This document shows, one piece after another, positions 56,760 through 64,000 of a DNA stretch of 64,000 nt; position 1 is the first letter of the stretch; every line of letters starts with the position of its first letter. The stretch spans positions 2,112,894 to 2,176,893 of the forward strand of contig JAYQLI010000035.1 of assembly GCA_038143065.1 (NCBI GenBank), given 5' to 3'. Both the position numbers and the translations under genes were made by a program. Below the pieces are notes generated by a model that was not told the DNA's origin, did no database searches, and saw only the letters and a program-made list of their open reading frames with translations. This DNA comes from Rhodospirillales bacterium (GTDB lineage Bacteria; Pseudomonadota; Alphaproteobacteria; Bin95).

Positions 56760-57973
56760 ACAGATTTGCCGCGCTGGGCACGCCCTACCATGGCGAGCGC
56801 GCAGATAGATATAACTCCCAAGGCTGCCAGCGCCGCTGTTGCTGAAATGACTACCCCGTAACCCCCTAACTCCCAAATCAGAGCGCCCATGTGGGGTGCA
56901 AATGCAAATGCAGCCAAATATGGCAATGCTAGCCAACCAGCTATTGATCCAAAATTATCACGCCCAAGAAATTCAGCTGTCAGCGCCGGTTTTAATATGC
57001 TGGTGAGGCCGTATGCGCCGCCCTGCAATACTGCGAATAGGAAGGCTAACTCAGGTTCTCCGCCAGCTGTTAACAGCACCACAGAAGCTATCATCACGAT
57101 TAAAAATGCTGAGCCTGACATGGTTAGTGATTGCACACGCTTCTCGAACAACATCAACATAACCCGACCAAAAACTTGCATCGGTCCAATAGTCGAGGCG
57201 ACAAGGATTGCTGTTTCTCTTGTTATTTGACGCTCTGTTAGGATAGGCATGATGTGGTTGAGTAGGATGCCGTGGTTCAGCGCCATAAAAGGAAATGCGA
57301 TAGCCAACATCCAGAACTGTGGCCGGCGGATTGCTATTTGGACAGCAGCCGTATTCAACGCCTTGACTTCGCTACTGGGTCTATTTCTTGGCTTATCCTT
57401 TTCCACCAAGGCCGTGCCATAAAAAAGGGATGGCACAGCAACAATGGCGGCAATGATGGCAAAGACTAACAGACCAGTCCGCCAGTCAGTCTGCTTAAGC
57501 ATCCAGGCCGTAGTTAAGAAGCATAATGTGGACGCTAAGCCGGCTATCAAGGTGATTTTGGTAATTGCTGGCCTAGCTTTTTCACCAAACGCCCGAGTGA
57601 CTACAGAAAAACATGGCTCATAGAGGCAGCAACCTTGTGCAGCTCCGATTACAGCCCAAACGGCAAGGAATGTCCAAGGGTCACTTACGAAAGAAAGCCC
57701 AGCCAAGGCCAGGCAGCCAATAAAAGCGCCGCCTCCCAGGACCCAGCGACCCAGCCCTTCATCAATCCGGCGACCAGCCCAAGGCGAGACCAAAGCTGCG
57801 GTCAAGATTGCTACGGTTAGTCCTAGTGTTAAATCTGCCTTTTGCCAACCAAGCGTTTCCTCCCAGGTCAGTAGAAGGCCCGCAAAGATGTAGAAGATGT
57901 AGGCCCAGATAACTGTCTCGCCTAGGCCGAGCAGCCATACCCCTAACAATCGTTTATGGCTTGCATCAGTCAT
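56756..57973 (-). CDS. MFS transporter
   Basis: About 12 hydrophobic segments, GRRID motif A, LYEPCF, ITLIAGLAST, IGPMQVFGR. Confidence 0.9.
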   Translation of the reverse strand: MTDASHKRLLGVWLLGLGETVIWAYIFYIFAGLLLTWEETLGWQKADLTLGLTVAILTAALVSPWAGRRIDEGLGRWVLGGGAFIGCLALAGLSFVSDPWTFLAVWAVIGAAQGCCLYEPCFSVVTRAFGEKARPAITKITLIAGLASTLCFLTTAWMLKQTDWRTGLLVFAIIAAIVAVPSLFYGTALVEKDKPRNRPSSEVKALNTAAVQIAIRRPQFWMLAIAFPFMALNHGILLNHIMPILTERQITRETAILVASTIGPMQVFGRVMLMLFEKRVQSLTMSGSAFLIVMIASVVLLTAGGEPELAFLFAVLQGGAYGLTSILKPALTAEFLGRDNFGSIAGWLALPYLAAFAFAPHMGALIWELGGYGVVISATAALAALGVISICALAMVGRAQRGKSV

Positions 57974-58082
57974 TAGAACTGCTAAGCCTGAAAAACTCTA
58001 AGGAACCAGGGTGAGACATAGCGAAACCAAACAAAAATGTTTCGCCATAATCGAAGTCATGGTGATCCAGCGCAAGCCCCTC

Positions 58083-58526
58083 TTATACCAGCCCTAATTC
58101 TTTCAATTCAGCTAGCATCGAGGCTGGCATCGCTGGGTCGATTTCACCTGAGAGTTCGTGAAGATCTTCTGGCGCATCTTTGGCGTCAAGATATCTCCAG
58201 CCTTGGAATGGCCGAGTGGCGCGGGGGACGACTGGGATCAATTCTGGTGCCAGTAAAATGCCACACCGTCGTATCCCATCTTCACCATACACTTCTTCAA
58301 AGTCCAAAATAATTTGGCGAGCTTGCATAACGCCCTTGATTACCCAGAACATGCTCCCACTATTGGCAAGCAGTTCATTGGCTCGCTTTGGCCACATGCG
58401 TGTCACGTGACGGCTGATAGCTGGCTCACCACGTTCCTTGCGTTGGGAGCGGCGCATTGCCTGGATTGTAGCAAGATTATCGATGCTATCTGTGCCTACA
58501 GAGAGTTTTCGGAGATGTAGCGTCAT
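58083..58526 (-). CDS. DUF1489 family protein
   Basis: LHLRKLSVG, TRMWPKR, GSMFWVIKG, RPFQGWRYL. Confidence 0.9.
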   Translation of the reverse strand: MTLHLRKLSVGTDSIDNLATIQAMRRSQRKERGEPAISRHVTRMWPKRANELLANSGSMFWVIKGVMQARQIILDFEEVYGEDGIRRCGILLAPELIPVVPRATRPFQGWRYLDAKDAPEDLHELSGEIDPAMPASMLAELKELGLV

Positions 58527-58633
58527 GAGGTAAACTTATAGTTATGATGATGCTCGTCTATGGGATGGATTGTGGATTGTCTAACGGTTAGAGTTTTGTG
58601 GTACATCAATTTTCTTTCAGAGGAGCTCTTCCC

Positions 58634-59250
58634 ATGTCGATAACTCTTTACGGCATAGCTGCCAGTCGCGCGTCGCGCTGCCTTTGGGCGCTAGAAGAAA
58701 CTGGTTTGCCTTACCAACACGTTAAAACAGTGATGCGCAAGGACACTGGGACACCAGAGTTTCTGAAAGTTAATCCTAATGGACGTATACCAGCCCTTGT
58801 TGATGGTGAGGTAGTAGTGTTCGAGTCTTTGGCCATAAATTCTTATATTGCTAGTAAGGCTGGAGGAGACTTGGCGCCTAAGAATTTAGTGGAAAGCGCA
58901 GCTTTAATGCAGTGGTCGCTTTGGGTGATGACGGAAGCTGAAAAGGCCTTGCTCGATGCTATGTTCCATACTCTGGGTATCATGGGTAGAGAGAAAGACG
59001 TCGATAAGGTTGCCGAAGCAGTTTCAATACTGGAGCGTCCATTTAAGGTATTGAATCTAGAGTTAGAAAAAAAGAATTGGATTGTGGGAGATCGCTTCTC
59101 AATAATCGACCTAAACGTTGCCAGCGTTCTCTCGTGGGCAAAGACTGCAAGGTTAGATCTATCTGCGTTTCCTAATATTGAATGTTGGCTTACGGCTTGC
59201 TTGGGACGGCCAGCTTTCGGACGTGTGAGGAAATGCAGAAGGCGGGTTAG
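58634..59250 (+). CDS. Glutathione S-transferase
   Basis: SRASRCLWALEE, NPNGRIPAL, FESLAI, FSIIDLNVA; 3' end shifted by one base. Confidence 0.92.
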
Positions 59251-59253
59251 CAA

Positions 59254-60390
59254 TTACTGACGGAACTGTTTTGACAGCTTCAGGCCCTGACTTTGGTAGT
59301 TGGAGCCCGCACCTTGGCCATAGAGGAGATCCGTAGCGCTAGTAAGGCGCTCAATTGCTACAAAGCCGGCGACCTGCCCGTCATCAACCATAAAGGGCAC
59401 CTCATGGCTGCGGACTTCCAGTACTATTTTTGCACCTATCCTCTTATTGCCCTGATAGCCAAAACCAGGGTCAAAAAAGCCCGCATAGTGGACCCTAAAT
59501 TCCCCTACCAGAGTATCGTAGGCAAACATGTCCGCAGCCCAACCATCGGGAATTGCGACGGTTTCTTTTGTTGCAAGAATATGAAAATGGTCTCTTTCTA
59601 GAATTAGGCCCCTGCCTTCAGGCCGATAAAGTGTTTCCCAGAAATCAGATGGCTCGTAGGCAGCTTTTTGATCCACATCTATAGGTTGATCAGTAGTTCG
59701 GGATTTGTAACCAACAACTCCCGTGTCCAGATTGCCTATAACGTCTACGGAAAGTGCAATTGCTCCATCCCGGACAATGGCATTGCCAACCTCTGGGAGA
59801 ATTACACCATAAGTTTCGTTAAGCTCTCGAACGGCCCGACTTCCAATACTGGGTGTTCCGGTTCGGAAGCGTAGCTGAGCTAGTCTCGAGCCAGGTCGCA
59901 CTATTATGTTAAAAGACCTAGGAGCAATTTCTAACCAAAGTGGCCCAGTGTAACCTTCTTCAACGGTATCAAATTGAACACCAAAATCTGTAATGAGCCG
60001 CGCAAATATATCTAATCTTCCTGTCGAACTTTTAGGATTTGCGAAACCAGACTCGCGCCGTCTTAAGTCTACTGTCTCTTGCAAACGAACTATGTAGATT
60101 GATCCTGTTTTAAGCTCTGCGCCCCCTGATAGATCGATGCGCTTGGCGTCAACAGATTTGAGCTTGTCCGCCATAGACCAATCGCGGCCCGGTAGGAAGC
60201 TGGCGGGCACTTCGTAACCTTGGGCTGACAGCCGAAGGTCTAAACTTGCGGGTTGAATTTGATCGATATCGAAAGGTGTCTCGGCACGAATTCGACCAAC
60301 TTCAGCGACTTGGCGAATGCGTTGCGCAGGCCAAACACCAGTTCCGCCTTCATGTTCGCGAGGAATTTCTGGAAATATTGGTTGCTTCAT
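59254..60390 (-). CDS. dcd: dCTP deaminase (long alphaproteobacterial type)
   Basis: QIQPASLDLRL, ANPKSSTGRLD, EFRVHYAGFFDPGFG, SNYQSQGLKLSK. Confidence 0.93.
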   Translation of the reverse strand: MKQPIFPEIPREHEGGTGVWPAQRIRQVAEVGRIRAETPFDIDQIQPASLDLRLSAQGYEVPASFLPGRDWSMADKLKSVDAKRIDLSGGAELKTGSIYIVRLQETVDLRRRESGFANPKSSTGRLDIFARLITDFGVQFDTVEEGYTGPLWLEIAPRSFNIIVRPGSRLAQLRFRTGTPSIGSRAVRELNETYGVILPEVGNAIVRDGAIALSVDVIGNLDTGVVGYKSRTTDQPIDVDQKAAYEPSDFWETLYRPEGRGLILERDHFHILATKETVAIPDGWAADMFAYDTLVGEFRVHYAGFFDPGFGYQGNKRIGAKIVLEVRSHEVPFMVDDGQVAGFVAIERLTSATDLLYGQGAGSNYQSQGLKLSKQFRQ

Positions 60391-60471
60391 AGTCAGGGTA
60401 TTTTTGGATAAAGTAGATAACCAATAGACCCGGAATCTGCTCTGAAGCAAAGGCCGGCCTATCCACAGGCG

Positions 60472-60499
60472 CTTGACCTAACCCTGCTTTATCCCACAT
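60472..60499 (+). promoter_or_regulatory. Putative sigma-32 promoter of hslVU
   Basis: CTTGAC-N15-CCCACAT resembles the alphaproteobacterial RpoH consensus, 35 nt before hslV. Confidence 0.65.
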
Positions 60500-60533
60500 G
60501 CATGCAGGACAACACATAAAGTTCGGATTCACG

Positions 60534-61093
60534 ATGGCTGATAATGACCCTTTACTTTGGCACGGTACCACTATTCTCGCAGTTAGAAAGAATGGCCGAG
60601 TAGCCATCGCCGGGGATGGGCAGGTGAGCTTAGGCCATACTGTTATTAAGGGTACCGCTAGAAAGGTCCGTAGACTCGCAGGTGGGACAGTGATTGCAGG
60701 TTTTGCTGGTGCCACTGCTGATGCATTCGCTCTTTTTGAAAGACTCGAAGCCAAACTTGAACAGTATCCAGGCCAGCTGGGCGCGCTGCGGTGGAGATGG
60801 CAAAGGAATGGCGCACCGACCGATATCTCCGAAGGTTAGAGGCGATGATGGCGGTTGCTGACGCCTCTACTTCTCTCACCTTGACGGGTGTGGGCGATGT
60901 GCTGGAGCCAGATGATGGTCTAATAGGAATTGGGTCAGGAGGCGGGTATGCTCTTTCAGCTGCTCGTGCACTTTTACCGCTTGAAGGAATGGATGCTGAA
61001 ATGATTGCGCGTCGTAGTCTTGAAATTGCATCAGAAATTTGCGTTTACACTAATAACAACATCGTCATCGAAGCTATGGACGCGGAAGTATAA
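60534..61093 (+). CDS. hslV: ATP-dependent protease peptidase subunit HslV (frameshift near 60780)
   Basis: [44 protein letters not shown]. Confidence 0.97.
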
Positions 61094-62405
61094 TGACCAG
61101 CTTTTCCCCCGCGAAATCGTATCAGAACTCGATCGTCACATAATTGGACAGAAAGATGCAAAGCGCGCCGTCGCGGTGGCATTGCGTAACCGTTGGCGTC
61201 GGCGTCAATTGCCCGATAGCCTTAAAGATGAGGTCCTGCCGAAAAATATTTTGATGATAGGGCCTACAGGAGTTGGCAAAACTGAGGGTGCGCGGCGCCT
61301 TGCTCGGCTTGCCGAGGCGCCTTTTATAAAGGTTGAAGCAACGAAGTTTACGGAATTTGGATATGTTGGCCGTGATGTAGAGTCTATCGTGAGGGATCTT
61401 CTTGAAATTGCAGTGCATGCGGCCCGAGAAAAACAGAGAGCGACATTACTTCCGAAAGCAGAGATCGCTGCGGAAGAACGAGTTATAGATGCATTGGTGG
61501 GTGAGGCAGCATCTGAGTCTTCGAGACAGACTTTCCGAAAGAAGCTCCGCGAAAATGAGTTGAATGATCGAGAAATAGAGATCGAACTTCGAGATGGTCC
61601 TGGGGGACCAAAAATGCCGAGCTTTGAGATACCTGGCATGCCGGGAGCTCAAATGGGAGTGATGAACCTAAACGATATCTTTGGTAAGGCGTTTCAGGCG
61701 CCGACCAAGAAGCGCCGCATGACAGTGGGTGAGAGTTATGAGGCTCTTGTTCGTGAAGAGAGTGAAGCATTAGTGGATGAAGATGCTGCTGCTCGCGAGG
61801 CTGTTGAAGCTGTTGAGGAGAATGGCATCGTTTTTCTCGATGAAATCGACAAAATTGCAAGTGCAGCTAACCGCTCTGGTGCCGACGTTTCAAGGGAGGG
61901 TGTTCAGCGGGATTTGCTGCCTCTCATAGAGGGAGCAACGGTGCCTACTAAGTATGGAACCGTAAAAACTGATCATATACTTTTCATTGCCTCCGGCGCT
62001 TTCCACCTGGCGAAGCCGTCGGATTTATTGCCTGAGCTTCAGGGGCGTTTACCTATCCGCGTTGAATTAAAGGCCCTCGAAAGGGATGATTTTGTGAGAA
62101 TTTTACGAGAGCCTGAAGCATCTTTACTCGTGCAATACAAAGCGCTCATGGAAACTGAAGGTGTGACCTTAGACTTTACTGACGATGCGATCGAAGCACT
62201 TGCGGACCTAACAGCGGAAATAAATGCTAGTGTTGAGAATATTGGTGCCCGGCGTCTGCATACTGTTATGGAGAGATTGCTGGAGGAAATAAGTTTTGAT
62301 GCATCTGACCGAAAGGGTGAGTCGATTAAAATAGATGGTGAGATGGTTAGAGACCGTGTCGGAGAACTCGCTAAGGACACTGATCTTTCAAAATTTATCT
62401 TATAA
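61093..62405 (+). CDS. hslU: ATP-dependent protease ATPase subunit HslU (frameshift in C run at start)
   Basis: [44 protein letters not shown]. Confidence 0.97.
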
Positions 62406-62444
62406 ACTTTTGGTTTAATTCAGCCTCTTTAGGGGACCAGATCC

Positions 62445-63327
62445 ATGTCCAATTCCCAGATTGCTCAAATTCCTGGGGTATATCATCGCAAGATTGGCGA
62501 AATCATTGTGACTGCAGTTTCAGATGGCTATCTGGATGGTGATGTAAGCGTTTTGCGGAATATTGATGAAAACGACGCTATGGCAATGCTCAAGGCGAAC
62601 TTTAGAAAGGGTCGCCGAACTTTCGTTAATGGGTTCATTATCCGTTCAAAAGGGCGCACAGCTCTCGTTGAAACGGGTTCAGGTAATTACCTCTTGCCAA
62701 CTGCGGGAAAGCTTTTGTCAAACGTAATTGCGGCAGGGGTAGACCCAAAAGAGATCGATACTGTCCTTTTTAACCCATATGCACCCTGATCATTCCGCTG
62801 GGTTAACCAATATGGCGGACAACTCGCTTTACTTCCCGAATGCTGAACTTGTCGCTCACGAGAATGAGCCGAAGCATTGGCAAGATGATTCAGCTATGGC
62901 CAGGGCTGATGATCGCGCGAAGAAGTTGTATTTTCAGGCGGCGCGAGAGCAAATCACTCCATATGCAAAGCAAAGCCGTTTCTTCCAAAAAGATGAGGAG
63001 GTTTTCCCTGGCGTGACCGCTCTTAGGGCCCATGGTCATACGCCAGGCCATACCTGCTATATGATTGAATCTGGTGGTGAAAGTCTTTTGATTTGGGGCG
63101 ATATCGTGCATGTGCCCGAGATACAAACCGCACGTCCGGAAGTCGCAATAGCTTTTGATACAGATATCGAAGCGGCTATTGCATCACGCCGCCGGATTTT
63201 TGACATGGCTGAGCAGGATGGCCTTTTGGTTGCGGGAATGCACTTACACTTTCCAACTTTTAGCCACTTGGTGAAAAGTGGGGAAGGTTACAGCTTAATT
63301 CCAGAACCTTGGGCCCACGATATGTGA
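62445..63327 (+). CDS. Metallo-beta-lactamase-fold hydrolase (methyl-parathion-hydrolase-like; one frameshift)
   Basis: VSDGYL, THMHPDH after frame repair, GHTPGH, IWGDIVH, AGMHL. Confidence 0.88.
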
Positions 63328-63374
63328 GGCGGATATGCTCGTGCCTTGACGATACAGGGCAGCGGGCATCTCAA

Positions 63375-63656
63375 TCAGTCAGTACGGCTGGTCACTTCCA
63401 ACAGATGATAGCCAAATTGGGTCTTAACCGGGCCTTGTACTTCGTTGACTGCTGCGCTGAACACAACCCTATCAAACTCTGGAACCATCTGGCCTGGACC
63501 GAATGATCCGAGATCGCCACCACTCCGACCAGATGGGCAGGATGAGTGCTGTTGCGCCAGCTTGGCGAAGTCTTCGCCGTTGGCAATCTTGTCCTTGAGC
63601 TCCTGGCAAAGCTCCTCGGAATCGACCAAAATGTGTCTTGCTGTGGCGCTCGCCAT
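63375..63656 (-). CDS. ppiC: Parvulin-type peptidyl-prolyl isomerase
   Basis: ARHILV, HSSCPSG, GGDLG, GQMVPEFD, KTQFGYH; 93-aa single domain. Confidence 0.93.
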   Translation of the reverse strand: MASATARHILVDSEELCQELKDKIANGEDFAKLAQQHSSCPSGRSGGDLGSFGPGQMVPEFDRVVFSAAVNEVQGPVKTQFGYHLLEVTSRTD

Positions 63657-64000
63657 GGATCTTCCTTTTGAACTTGGAATTGGGTGAAGGATTAACTTCG
63701 GTTGAGATTTGAGATCGTGGATACAGGGTTCTACGTTGTCAATCAACGATAAACAGTTTCTCGTCTATATTGGTGAGCCATCGCTGCACCACGAAATTAT
63801 AGGCGGCCTGGTGCCCCATTTCTGGTTTCAGGATGAATTTGCGGCCATCCTTCTGTTCAGTTTGTAATTGGCCTTACATGCAGAAGATAATCTGAATTCC
63901 ACGCACTAAAGATCAGTCAGATGTCAGGGCAAGTTTTCCAGCATCCGCATATCTGTGTGTCCGAAATCACAAAAAAGATGCGGCTGAATGAGATAGTCAA

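Noticed and set aside
58021-58046. GCGAAAC-N11-GTTTCGC inverted repeat upstream of the MFS gene
   Set aside because: Single 7-bp repeat with no adjacent regulator; cannot tell operator, terminator or chance apart
8380-62800. Programmed frameshifting or mass pseudogenisation as the cause of split ORFs
   Set aside because: Breaks fall in unrelated essential genes at ordinary homopolymers with no shared slippery signal; sequencing error is far more likely

Overview
Chromosomal segment of an Alphaproteobacterium, probably a marine Rhodospirillales-like photoheterotroph (inferred from gene order and proteorhodopsin). It holds core blocks (aa3 cytochrome c oxidase with tldD, ETF-QO/TPR/ispE, aroKB, xerD, rpoH-family sigma, carD, petABC-mtnP-mtnA, trmL-hemF, glmUS, dapB, tRNA-Asp/tRNA-Val/hupB, pccA, dcd, hslVU) mixed with single catabolic genes. 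A green-type proteorhodopsin plus retinal-synthesis cassette (PR-crtE-crtI-crtB-crtY-blh) lies just downstream of glmS. About 28 genes, several essential, are split by 1-nt indels, mostly in homopolymers, so this is very likely an unpolished long-read consensus rather than real pseudogenisation. The best finding is at 12617-14353: two ORFs are in frame across a single TGA in the motif C-U-G-S-C, and a well-formed bacterial SECIS hairpin follows immediately. This gives a 578-aa UGSC-family selenoprotein fused to a large C-terminal domain of unknown function, with a GrdB-like active-site context. Other signals are RegA/PrrA-type palindromes before the cox and pet operons, a ~90-bp multi-stem palindromic element overlapping the glmS stop, two remnants of FAD-monooxygenase genes, enzymes with non-canonical catalytic residues, and an AT-rich tract upstream of carD. 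No CRISPR, rRNA or transposase was seen. All calls are by eye; no database searches were run.
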